A DNA stretch of 64,000 bases from an uncultured Lachnospiraceae bacterium (GTDB lineage: Bacteria > Bacillota > Clostridia > Lachnospirales > Lachnospiraceae), in NCBI GenBank assembly GCA_910586645.1, contig CAJUIS010000003.1:75106-139105 (forward strand). Reading direction: 5' to 3'. The translations under genes were made by a program, and so were the position numbers. A model generated the notes under the pieces. The model was not told where the DNA came from. It ran no database searches and saw nothing but the letters and a program-made list of their open reading frames with translations. Shown here piece after piece: positions 47,372-56,381 of the stretch (position 1 is the first letter of the stretch; each line of letters opens with the position of its first letter).

Positions 47372-49207
47372 ATGAATATAAAAAGAGAAGACATCCGCAA
47401 TATCGCAATTATCGCCCACGTAGATCACGGAAAGACGACGCTGGTGGACGAACTTTTAAAGCAGAGCGGTGTTTTCCGTGAGAACCAGGAAATCACAGAA
47501 CGCGTCATGGACTCCAACGACATTGAACGCGAACGCGGCATCACCATACTTTCCAAAAATACCGCCGTTTGTTACAAAGACACGAAAATCAACATTATAG
47601 ACACTCCGGGACATGCGGATTTTGGCGGTGAAGTGGAGCGCGTTTTGAAAATGGTGAACGGCGTTATTCTTGTCGTTGACGCATTTGAAGGCGTAATGCC
47701 GCAGACGAAATTCGTGCTGATGAAAGCGCTTGCCCTTAATCTCCCGGTTATCGTCTGCGTCAATAAAATGGATCGGCCGGAAGCAAGGCCGGATGAAGTC
47801 ATTGATGAAGTACTGGAATTGTTCATGGATTTGGACGCATCGGATGAACAGTTGGAATGTCCGTTTATTTTCACTTCTGCAAGAACCGGCTGCGCCACGA
47901 AAGATTTGCAGCAGCCCAAAAATGACATGACAGATTTATTTGACACAATTCTCGACTATATCCCGGCTCCGCAAGGCGACCCGGACACCGGAACGCAGGT
48001 ATTAATCAGCACGATTGACTACAATGAATATGTTGGACGCATCGGCGTGGGCAAGGTGGACAACGGCTGCCTGAAAGTCAATCAGGACGCCGTTTTGGTC
48101 AACCACCATGAACCGGATATGCAGCGGAAGATCCGTATCAGTAAATTGTATGAATTTGACGGACTAAACAAAGTCGAAGTGACGGAAGCGAAAATCGGCT
48201 CGATTGTCGCCATTTCCGGCATTTCGGATCTTCATATCGGAGACACCATATGCGCTCCCGATCGTCCGCTTGCCATTCCGTTTCAGAAAATTTCCGAACC
48301 GACGCTTGCGATGAATTTTATTGTAAACGACAGCCCGTTTGCCGGACAGGAAGGAAAGTATGTAACTTCCCGCCATATCCGGGATCGTCTGTTCCGGGAG
48401 CTTAACACAGACGTCAGCCTTCGCGTGGAAGAAACGGACAGTCCGGACAGTTACAAGGTTTCCGGACGCGGCGAACTGCATCTGTCTGTCCTGATTGAAA
48501 ATATGCGCAGAGAGGGATATGAATTTGCCGTCAGCAAAGCGGAAGTCCTCTATCATACGGATGAAAACGGAAAGAAAACAGAGCCTGTGGAACTTGCCTA
48601 TATCGACGTTCCGGACGAGTTTACCGGCGCCGTGATTTCCAAACTTGGAACGAGAAAAGGAAGCCTTTTGAATATGAAGAGCATCAGCGGCGGCTATACG
48701 AGACTGGAATTTCGCATCCCTTCGCGCGGCCTGATTGGATATCGCGGAGAATTTTTGACCGATACGAAAGGAAACGGCATTATCAATACGATTTTTGACG
48801 GATATGAGCCATATTGCGGAGATATCGCCTATCGCAAGCTGGGTTCTCTGATTGCGTTTGAAACGGGAGAATCCGTTACGTACGGCCTTTTTTCCGCTCA
48901 GGACAGAGGCACGCTGTTTATCGGGCCAGGAGAAAAAGTCTATTCCGGCATGGTAGTGGGTTCCTCCTCCAGAGCGGAAGACATCGAACTGAATGTCTGC
49001 AAGAAAAAGCATCTGACGAATACCCGCTCTTCTTCGGCAGACGAAGCCCTGACGCTTGTCCCTCCGAAAATCTTAAGCCTGGAACAGGCAATTGATTTTA
49101 TCGACGTAGATGAACTGCTGGAAGTCACTCCGGAGAGCCTTCGAATCCGAAAGCGTATTTTGGACTCCACGCTCAGAAAACGGGCAAATCTGAAAAACAA
49201 AGAATAA
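47372..49207 (+). CDS. typA: Translational GTPase TypA/BipA
   Basis: IAHVDHGKTTLVD, DTPGHADFGGEVER, GRGELHL, LTNTRSS. Confidence 0.98.
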   Translation: MNIKREDIRNIAIIAHVDHGKTTLVDELLKQSGVFRENQEITERVMDSNDIERERGITILSKNTAVCYKDTKINIIDTPGHADFGGEVERVLKMVNGVILVVDAFEGVMPQTKFVLMKALALNLPVIVCVNKMDRPEARPDEVIDEVLELFMDLDASDEQLECPFIFTSARTGCATKDLQQPKNDMTDLFDTILDYIPAPQGDPDTGTQVLISTIDYNEYVGRIGVGKVDNGCLKVNQDAVLVNHHEPDMQRKIRISKLYEFDGLNKVEVTEAKIGSIVAISGISDLHIGDTICAPDRPLAIPFQKISEPTLAMNFIVNDSPFAGQEGKYVTSRHIRDRLFRELNTDVSLRVEETDSPDSYKVSGRGELHLSVLIENMRREGYEFAVSKAEVLYHTDENGKKTEPVELAYIDVPDEFTGAVISKLGTRKGSLLNMKSISGGYTRLEFRIPSRGLIGYRGEFLTDTKGNGIINTIFDGYEPYCGDIAYRKLGSLIAFETGESVTYGLFSAQDRGTLFIGPGEKVYSGMVVGSSSRAEDIELNVCKKKHLTNTRSSSADEALTLVPPKILSLEQAIDFIDVDELLEVTPESLRIRKRILDSTLRKRANLKNKE

Positions 49208-49234
49208 CTTTGCGCTGACAGAAAGAAAAGCCAC

Positions 49235-49286
49235 AAAAAACTGCCGCATCCGGAATCAATTGCACTCCGGATGCGGCAGTTTTTTT
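49235..49286. terminator. Bidirectional terminator
   Basis: AAAAAACTGCCGCATCCGGA-loop-TCCGGATGCGGCAGTTTTTTT. Confidence 0.92.
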
Positions 49287-49298
49287 ATCGTCCTGCTG

Positions 49299-50504
49299 TC
49301 ACTCTTCACTCTGCGCCGTCAGGGTTACGGGAATTTCTTTTTCTTTATATGCGCCGCTGTCAATAATCTGCACTTTCACAATAACAGTGTCGCCTACTTT
49401 TGCTTTTACCAAACAATTTTTCAAATCTTCCATGGAAGCCACTTTCTCGCCGTTTACTTCTGTAATGATATTGCCGGGCACGATGCCTGCTTTCGCAGCC
49501 CCGCTTCCTTCAATTACCTGCGCCACATAAACGCCGTCCGGCATATTGTACTGACCGGAAACTTCCTGCGTCACGTCTACGCCGTAAATGCCGATATACG
49601 GCGTTCCTGTCGTCGTTGTTTTTCCGTTTGCGATTAAATCCTCTAAAATCGGCCCCGCCGTAGCCGAAGGAATTGCAAATCCCATGCCTTCCACGTCTGT
49701 ATCGGAATATTTGGAAGAATTAATCCCAATGACTTCCCCTTTTGTGTTAATCAGGGCTCCTCCGCTGTTTCCGGGATTGATCGCGGCGTCCGTCTGAATC
49801 AGACGGCTCATAACTGTCTGCCCCGTCTCGTCCTGAAACGTCACTTCTCTGCCCAGCGCGCTGATAACCCCGGTCGTCACGGACTGCCCGTATCCAAGCG
49901 CGTTTCCGATTGCAATTGCGGCGTCCCCTACGGAAAGTTCATCCGAATCGCCCATCGCAGCGATTTTTATTGTATTTTTCGTCTCTTCCGAAAGATTGGC
50001 CAAATCCACTTTTACCACTGCCAGGTCATTGGACGGAGCTGTTCCCCGCACCTCTGCAGGAGCCGTCGTCCCGTCGGAAAACTGCACCGTCAGGGCGTTT
50101 GTCCTTTCCACTACATGGTTGTTCGTCGCAATGTAAAGGGCATTGTCGTCTTTGTCAATCAGGATGCCGGAACCGCTGCTCTCGCTTTCAATCGTCTCTC
50201 CCCGTCCAAAGAAACTCATAATCTCCTGCTGCGTCATCCCTGTAATCGCTACAACAGAAGGCATGACTTCCTCAATGATGCCGGAAATCTCTGTGGATTT
50301 CGCGCCTGCAAGCGTACTCGTCGGCTGTATCCTGTCAGAAGAAATCCCTTTTCCGTCTTCCTGCTTTTCTGCCGTCGTTTCACTTTTCGTCATATTTCCA
50401 AGAAAGTATGTGGCTCCGGAAAATGCCGTGCCTCCAACAGCTCCAAATACCAAGGCCAGCGCGGCGCATCTTGTCAGTTTTCCAATAAATCCTCGTTTCC
50501 TCAT
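49299..50504 (-). CDS. htrA: HtrA-family serine protease with PDZ domain
   Basis: TM, GSG, TNNHVV, DLAV, IQTDAAINPGNSGG, PDZ; ATG 50504 after AAGGAG (ORF track 50522). Confidence 0.93.
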   Translation of the reverse strand: MRKRGFIGKLTRCAALALVFGAVGGTAFSGATYFLGNMTKSETTAEKQEDGKGISSDRIQPTSTLAGAKSTEISGIIEEVMPSVVAITGMTQQEIMSFFGRGETIESESSGSGILIDKDDNALYIATNNHVVERTNALTVQFSDGTTAPAEVRGTAPSNDLAVVKVDLANLSEETKNTIKIAAMGDSDELSVGDAAIAIGNALGYGQSVTTGVISALGREVTFQDETGQTVMSRLIQTDAAINPGNSGGALINTKGEVIGINSSKYSDTDVEGMGFAIPSATAGPILEDLIANGKTTTTGTPYIGIYGVDVTQEVSGQYNMPDGVYVAQVIEGSGAAKAGIVPGNIITEVNGEKVASMEDLKNCLVKAKVGDTVIVKVQIIDSGAYKEKEIPVTLTAQSEE

Positions 50505-50622
50505 AGTCATTACTCCTTCCATACTCTTATCTCAAATGTTATGTTTTCCTGTTTACAAGGAGTAGTTTAATGCTAATTTATGTTCGGTTTTTGATGAAAT
50601 TATGAAAAAACTATGTCTTTTC

Positions 50623-51144
50623 TCATTTAAACAGTTCCACAATCCCGCCGCTCTTTTGATACTGCCTGCAGTCAATCACACGCTGGTTTGCAGAACCCCT
50701 GAATTTGAGCATTATACTGCGCTCTTTCTCAAGATAAGGGCCGTCTACCAAAACGTCAATATAAGAAAGTAATTCTTCCGTATCTTCTGTGCAGCGCTTT
50801 CCCCCGGAAATCAAATCCCTGTCCAGAAGATACCCCGTGTACGCCCAAATGTCTTTTTTCGGACATTCTTTTTTTATGCGCCGCAAAAACGGAAGCAGCG
50901 CGCACTGATTCTCCGGTTCCATCGGATCGCCGCCCAAAAGCGTAAGCCCCTGGATATAAGGCGGTTTCAGGGATTCAATAATCTGATCCTCCACTTCTTT
51001 TGTAAATGGCTCTCCATTGGCAAAATCCCACGTCTCCGGCTGAAAACATCCTTTACAGCGGTTCCTGCAGCCGGAAACAAACAACACCGTGCGGACGCCT
51101 GTCCCATTCGCAATGTCACAGTATTTTACCGCGGAATAATTCAT
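50623..51144 (-). CDS. nrdG: Anaerobic ribonucleotide reductase activating protein
   Basis: NGTGVR, CRNRCKGC, LGGDP, FRGSANQ. Confidence 0.96.
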   Translation of the reverse strand: MNYSAVKYCDIANGTGVRTVLFVSGCRNRCKGCFQPETWDFANGEPFTKEVEDQIIESLKPPYIQGLTLLGGDPMEPENQCALLPFLRRIKKECPKKDIWAYTGYLLDRDLISGGKRCTEDTEELLSYIDVLVDGPYLEKERSIMLKFRGSANQRVIDCRQYQKSGGIVELFK

Positions 51145-53303
51145 AGATGCAGCACCCTTTCCCTGATTTCCTGCGTTCTGCCCTGATTCCAGAACTGCGT
51201 GCCGATATAGCCGCAGGTACGCCTGGCCACGTTCATCTTATCCTGATTCCGGCTGCCGCAGTTGGGGCATTCCCATACAAGCTTGCCGTCTTTGTCCTCA
51301 ACAATCCTAATCTCTCCGTTATAGCCGCATTCCTGGCAAAAATCACTTTTCGTATTCAGTTCCGCATACATGATGTTCTCATATATATGCTGCATCACAG
51401 CCAGTACCGCCTCAAGGTTGTCCGCCATATTCGGCGTTTCCACATAGCTGATTGCGCCGCCCGGGGACAGATTCTGAAACTGCGCTTCAAATTTCAGCTT
51501 TTTAAATGCGTCGATTTCCTCTCCGACGTGTACATGATAACTGTTTGTGATGTAATTTTTATCGGTTACGCCGTCAATGATGCCAAAACGTTTCTGCAGG
51601 CATTTGGCAAACTTATATGTCGTAGATTCAAGCGGCGTTCCATACACGCTGAATCCAATCTTTGTCTCTTTTTTCCAGCTCTCACAGGCGTCGTTTAAGC
51701 GCTGCATAACTTTTAACGCGAACGGCGTAGCTTCCGGATTCGTATGCGATTCTCCCGTCATATAGCGGGTGCATTCGCAAAGCCCGGCATATCCAAGTGA
51801 GATCGAAGAATATCCGTCATATAACAGCCTGTCAATCGGTTCCCCTTTCTTAAGTCTGCTCAAAGCCCCGTACTGCCACAGAATCGGCGCCACATCCGAA
51901 GGCGTCCCTTTCAGACGGTTATGACGGCACATCAAAGCTCTTTTGCAGAGCGCAAGGCGCTCGTCCAGAATCTCCCAGAATTTGTCCATATCCCCGCCGC
52001 TGCTGCAGGCGGCGTCCACCAGGTTTAACGTAACAACCCCCTGGTTAAACCTGCCGTAAAACTTGTATTTTCCGGCTTCATCCTGATACAGATTCAGGAA
52101 GGAACGGCATCCCATACAGGGATAGCAGTTTTTTTCTTTTAATTCATACATTACCTTTTGGGAAATGTAATCCGGAACCATCCGCTTTGCCGTGCACTCC
52201 GCCGCAAGCTTTGTCAGATTCCAGTACTTGCTGCCTTCCGTAATGTTGTCTTCCTCCAGAACGTAAATCAGCTTCGGAAACGCAGGCGTAATAAACACGC
52301 CGGATTCGTTTTTCACGCCGCAGATTCTCTGTTTTAACACCTCTTCAATGACGAGCGCAAGATCGTCTCTGGTGCGCCCTTCCGGCACTTCGTCCAGATA
52401 CATAAACACCGTAACAAACGGCGCCTGCCCGTTCGTCGTCATCAGCGTAATCACCTGGTATTGTATCATCTGCACGCCGCGGTTAATCTCTTCCAGCACT
52501 CTGGATTCCGCCACCTGGTTTAACTGCTCTTCATTCAGAGAAATCCCGGCCAGTTCAAATTCTTTCCGGACTTCCCTGCGGAACCTGTGACGGCTGACGT
52601 CTACAAAAGGAGCCAGATGCGACAGGGAAATGCTCTGCCCTCCATACTGTGAACTTGCAATCTGGGCGATAATCTGCGTCGCAATGTTGCATGCCGTGGA
52701 AAAACTGTGCGGCTTTTCAATCATCGTCCCGCTGATTACGGTTCCGTTCTGCAGCATATCTTCCAGATTTACCAGGCAGCAGTTATGCATATGCTGCGCA
52801 AAGTAATCCGAATCGTGAAAATGAATCATTCCTTTTTCGTGGGCTTCTACGATATCCTGCGGCAAAAGAAACCTGCGGGTAATGTCTTTGCTGACTTCTC
52901 CTGCCATATAATCCCTCTGAACGCTGTTGACTGTCGGATTTTTATTGGAATTTTCCTGCTTGACTTCTTCATTGTCGCATTCCAGCAGCGTCATAATCTG
53001 CTTGTCCGTCGAATTTGCTTTCCGGACAAGCGCGCGCTTATAGCGGTAGGTAATGTAATTGTGCGCAACGGCAAACGCCTGCCGGCGCATAATCCCATTC
53101 TCTACAAGATCCTGTATTTCTTCTACGTTCAACGCACGTCCCATGCCAACGCACTGATCTCTCACTTCTTCGCAAATTTTTTGTATCTGTTCTTCTGACA
53201 TCTTTTCACTTTCAAGGACTGTCTGATTCGCTTTTAAAATAGCAGCCTCGATTTTAGAAAGATTATAATCTTCTTCCGTTCCGCTCCGTTTGATAATTTT
53301 CAT
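51141..53303 (-). CDS. nrdD: Anaerobic ribonucleoside-triphosphate reductase
   Basis: ATP cone MKIIKRSG, ENSNK, HFHD, NCCL, MGCRSF, RRTCGYI glycyl-radical loop; ATG 53303 after AGGAGAGG. Confidence 0.97.
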   Translation of the reverse strand: MKIIKRSGTEEDYNLSKIEAAILKANQTVLESEKMSEEQIQKICEEVRDQCVGMGRALNVEEIQDLVENGIMRRQAFAVAHNYITYRYKRALVRKANSTDKQIMTLLECDNEEVKQENSNKNPTVNSVQRDYMAGEVSKDITRRFLLPQDIVEAHEKGMIHFHDSDYFAQHMHNCCLVNLEDMLQNGTVISGTMIEKPHSFSTACNIATQIIAQIASSQYGGQSISLSHLAPFVDVSRHRFRREVRKEFELAGISLNEEQLNQVAESRVLEEINRGVQMIQYQVITLMTTNGQAPFVTVFMYLDEVPEGRTRDDLALVIEEVLKQRICGVKNESGVFITPAFPKLIYVLEEDNITEGSKYWNLTKLAAECTAKRMVPDYISQKVMYELKEKNCYPCMGCRSFLNLYQDEAGKYKFYGRFNQGVVTLNLVDAACSSGGDMDKFWEILDERLALCKRALMCRHNRLKGTPSDVAPILWQYGALSRLKKGEPIDRLLYDGYSSISLGYAGLCECTRYMTGESHTNPEATPFALKVMQRLNDACESWKKETKIGFSVYGTPLESTTYKFAKCLQKRFGIIDGVTDKNYITNSYHVHVGEEIDAFKKLKFEAQFQNLSPGGAISYVETPNMADNLEAVLAVMQHIYENIMYAELNTKSDFCQECGYNGEIRIVEDKDGKLVWECPNCGSRNQDKMNVARRTCGYIGTQFWNQGRTQEIRERVLHL

Positions 53304-53349
53304 AATGATGTCCTCTCCTTGACAATCTTTTATTTTGCTAAACAAAGAG

Positions 53350-53399
53350 ATTTTACCATATATAGTATGTCCAGTCAACAAAAAAACTATATATTGTAT
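53350..53399 (-). promoter_or_regulatory. nrdD promoter with two NrdR boxes
   Basis: Boxes ttaCCATATATAGtat (53353-53368) and aaaCTATATATTGtat (53384-53399), 31 bp apart; promoter TTGACT-17-TAAAAT (53378-53350). Confidence 0.85.
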
Positions 53400-53430
53400 T
53401 TTCTGAAAATTTATGTAAAAATGGCGGAAC

Positions 53431-54954
53431 TTAATGACGAAGAGCTTCCAGCGGATTCCTCCGAAACAGCTTTCCTGCGGAAACCAGCGCCGCTCCTGCC
53501 GCCGTTCCGGTCAAAAGCAAAAACACAAAGCACGCCTCCTGAAATGCAACTGTGCAAAGCAATTCCCCGCTTTTTGCCGGCGGCAGAAGATTCATTACCA
53601 TTTCCGAAGTCCCCGGAGTGAGAACCACTTCATATCCCCTTACATCGCCCGAAGAATAAAACAGGGCCAAAAACGCCTCTCCGGCCAGATTCACAACCGG
53701 CCCTGCCAAAAGGAGCGCAGCGAAAAATGCAACGGCCGCAATACTGCAGCTTTCTATGACAAACTGCAGCAATACCCGTCCCTTTTTCACTCCAACCGAA
53801 GAAAGTATGCAGGCTTCATACTTACGGCTGCGCGTCCATATGGCCATAACCAGAAAAAGAATACAGGCAACCCCAAGAAATGATGCGATTATCAGCGCAT
53901 CGGAAGTCTTTATCATTGTAAGCAGAGGCGCGGCGGCAGTCTGATAGTCTTTGTCATAGGTCCCGAATTTATAATAATCCCACTCAATGGAATCTATGGC
54001 AAGAAGCTTCTCCTTTACGGAATCCAAAAGCGCCGGGTCTTCTACAAACACTACCATCAGACACAAAACCTCATCGTCTTCCGGGGCCCAGACCGTATAC
54101 CCGTAATGCTTCTGATATTCCCGTCTGCCCCAGTCATCCATATCCGGCGCGCTAAAAAATGTGTTTGCCAGAATATCTTCTTCATAAGTATAATCCGACC
54201 TGACTGTCTGCTCGAAATTGATGTGAAAAATCCCGACAATCTCTGTTTCGTAAACGCTGCCGTAAAGTTCTCCCGAAATAACATCCGAACTTTGCGCCGT
54301 CACCTTATCCCCAACCTTCAAGCCGTTTTTCTCCGCCAGCTCATCAGATATGACGCACTTTGCCACATCGCCTGTCCTGACATGCCTTCCTTCCACAAGC
54401 TCCACCGCTCCGTTGACAAAAGCGGGATGCCACTCGCTGTCATATACCAGTATAAAGCTGTTTGTATGCGCTTTCACTTCTGTTGACGTATCCTGTTTAT
54501 ACGACTCCCGCACTTCTTCCGTCACGTCTCCTCCCAGCGGAATTTTCCCATTCACAATATCCGTGCACCATGCATGATAGCCCGGGTGCAGCGTAAGGCC
54601 CGTATATCCGGTTTCCCTGTCAAGATTGTCGCAGTAAAATCCGCTGACGCCCTCTGTTTCAAGAAATTCCTCAATATGATGCTCTCTGATCAGCGGAGCC
54701 AGATAAGTCGTAACCTTTTCCCCGTTCTCATTTATGCTGTCCTCTGTAATGGCATATGGATCCGGTATATTCGTTTCGATCCTAAGCCCCGCCGTCAAAG
54801 TCTTCCGGACATCCTCCGCAGCCTTCTTCGCGCCTTGTTTTATGGAAAGCCCGGTCAGCAAAAATAACCCTGACACAAAAAAAATCAAAAACAGCAGAAT
54901 GCTCCGCACTTTTTTACGCGTCACATAAAGATATGCTCTCTTTACAACACCCAT
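53431..54954 (-). CDS. FtsX/MacB-like ABC transporter permease
   Basis: KRAYLYVTRKK.RS, large extracellular loop with GR...CVIS..LAEKNGLKVGD, R..E..IL.SVG, C-terminal P...L. Confidence 0.85.
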   Translation of the reverse strand: MGVVKRAYLYVTRKKVRSILLFLIFFVSGLFLLTGLSIKQGAKKAAEDVRKTLTAGLRIETNIPDPYAITEDSINENGEKVTTYLAPLIREHHIEEFLETEGVSGFYCDNLDRETGYTGLTLHPGYHAWCTDIVNGKIPLGGDVTEEVRESYKQDTSTEVKAHTNSFILVYDSEWHPAFVNGAVELVEGRHVRTGDVAKCVISDELAEKNGLKVGDKVTAQSSDVISGELYGSVYETEIVGIFHINFEQTVRSDYTYEEDILANTFFSAPDMDDWGRREYQKHYGYTVWAPEDDEVLCLMVVFVEDPALLDSVKEKLLAIDSIEWDYYKFGTYDKDYQTAAAPLLTMIKTSDALIIASFLGVACILFLVMAIWTRSRKYEACILSSVGVKKGRVLLQFVIESCSIAAVAFFAALLLAGPVVNLAGEAFLALFYSSGDVRGYEVVLTPGTSEMVMNLLPPAKSGELLCTVAFQEACFVFLLLTGTAAGAALVSAGKLFRRNPLEALRH

Positions 54955-55061
54955 ATCCATTCCCCCTGTCATTCTTCCGGTTCCATTCTCCGCCTCCGTG
55001 TATCTTTTTCTCATTATATAATATTTAAAAAGACAACACAAGGTTTGTAATCTTTCCGCCC

Positions 55062-55110
55062 ATAGAATAAGCGGCAGCTTCCTTTGTTTCAGAAACTGCC
55101 GCTCTATTAT
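55062..55110. terminator. Hairpin / probable terminator downstream of the ParA-family gene
   Basis: AGCGGCAG...CTGCCGCT stem with imperfect extensions. Confidence 0.55.
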
Positions 55111-55211
55111 ATTTCATGCATTTCCCTAATCATGTTATTTCAAGGCTCTCTCAAAAATAACAGGTACCGCAACAACCTGTTTCTAATTTCAGACCATGGA
55201 TATTTTTTATT

Positions 55212-56249
55212 TTACCAAAGCTGCTGCGCAATGAATTTTAACTGATTTTTGCATTTATCCACTGATTTATTCACACTCACCCGTACCCTGTCAATTACTT
55301 TTGTTTCTCCTTCCTGCAGAAGTTCCATCGGTTTTGATTCGATGGAAGATATTCGGCCTGAACCGAGAAAATCATCCAGCATAAACAAATGGTTCTCAGG
55401 AGCATTTGTTGATAACAAAGTTCTATGCTTAGACAAAATGTCATAAACCTTTTTTAAATAAACCTTTGTTTGCCGATTTGGCTCATTTCTGGCTCCGGCT
55501 ACTGTTGACCAGCCGCAATGAGTTAAAACCACCATCTGTATTTTGGGAACATTCATATCGTTTTCAGGCAAATACTTTCTAAATTCACTTTGCGGACTGC
55601 TCAGGGTATTAATTAATAACTCAAGTGATTTGACTGACTGCTGGTCTGTACGAACAGGTATCACCAGCGCGTCTGCAGCGTACCAGGCAAGCTGCGTGGC
55701 TCCTGCAAAAAACGGGGATGTGTCTATGATACATTTATCTAAATCATTTTCTGAAAGTTCTCTTTCAATTTCCGTTTTTAAAGCATACAAAACGCTCTTC
55801 AATGCCTGTTCCTTTTGCACCTGCTGAAGGCCAGACGTTTGGTTAATTGCTGTAATCAACTGCGATGGCAATAAATATAATTCTTCGGACGAAGGAATAT
55901 AATAATTATTTTTTTTGGAAAAATACGGATTCGTTGCGCCAATATAGGAGGCTACTCTGGTTGCTTTTCCAAGTCCTGGAACCAGGTATGGCAATAACAT
56001 ATCTTTCACGTTTGTTTGTTGCGACGCATAATAATTATTATCATAGAAAAAAGAAAGATTTCCCTGCGGACAAGTGTCTACAGCCAACAAATTATCTACC
56101 AAATAGCTTAAATTAAAAGATAATGTGGTTTTTCCGATTCCTCCACGCAAATTACACATTGCATAAATTCGCTGTTTCGGCAAGTCAATCGGCTCTGCCT
56201 GATTATTCGCAATAGCATGCTGCCTGTTTATTATTGTATTTATAGACAT
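55212..56249 (-). CDS. Stand-alone ParA/MinD-family ATPase (AT-rich)
   Basis: Deviant Walker A NLRGGIGKTT, DTCPQGNLS, Walker B IIDTSP, AADALVIPV; AAAGGAGGAG SD. Confidence 0.85.
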   Translation of the reverse strand: MSINTIINRQHAIANNQAEPIDLPKQRIYAMCNLRGGIGKTTLSFNLSYLVDNLLAVDTCPQGNLSFFYDNNYYASQQTNVKDMLLPYLVPGLGKATRVASYIGATNPYFSKKNNYYIPSSEELYLLPSQLITAINQTSGLQQVQKEQALKSVLYALKTEIERELSENDLDKCIIDTSPFFAGATQLAWYAADALVIPVRTDQQSVKSLELLINTLSSPQSEFRKYLPENDMNVPKIQMVVLTHCGWSTVAGARNEPNRQTKVYLKKVYDILSKHRTLLSTNAPENHLFMLDDFLGSGRISSIESKPMELLQEGETKVIDRVRVSVNKSVDKCKNQLKFIAQQLW

Positions 56250-56269
56250 TCAAACTCCTCCTTTAATTA

Positions 56270-56310
56270 TATTAGTTTTACCATTTTTAATAATATGTGT
56301 AAAACTAATA
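56270..56310. promoter_or_regulatory. Perfect 12-bp inverted repeat in the ParA-gene leader
   Basis: TATTAGTTTTAC-17-GTAAAACTAATA. Confidence 0.65.
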
Positions 56311-56312
56311 CA

Positions 56313-56340
56313 ATTATACAGCATATGAAAAAAATGTCAA
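56313..56340 (-). promoter_or_regulatory. Consensus sigma-A promoter of the ParA-family gene
   Basis: TTGACA-16-TATAAT. Confidence 0.75.
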
Positions 56341-56356
56341 CCAAAAGATTGACATT
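56328..56356 (-). terminator. Probable folC terminator overlapping the ParA -35 box
   Basis: AATGTCAA-8-TTGACATT followed by T-run on the minus strand. Confidence 0.5.
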
Positions 56357-56381
56357 CCGCAGATCCTATGCTCACTCAAAA

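Noticed and set aside
48164..49012. 282-aa minus-strand ORF (likewise 35248-36024 and 18465-19265 on the plus strand)
   Set aside because: Antisense shadows of typA, the adhesin and ssb
50570..50612. CssR-like TTTTCATA repeats upstream of htrA
   Set aside because: One good copy and irregularly spaced partial copies in AT-rich sequence; too weak to call
55212..56249. Chromosomal soj or plasmid partition cassette
   Set aside because: No parB or parS, not in origin-region context, deviant catalytic motifs
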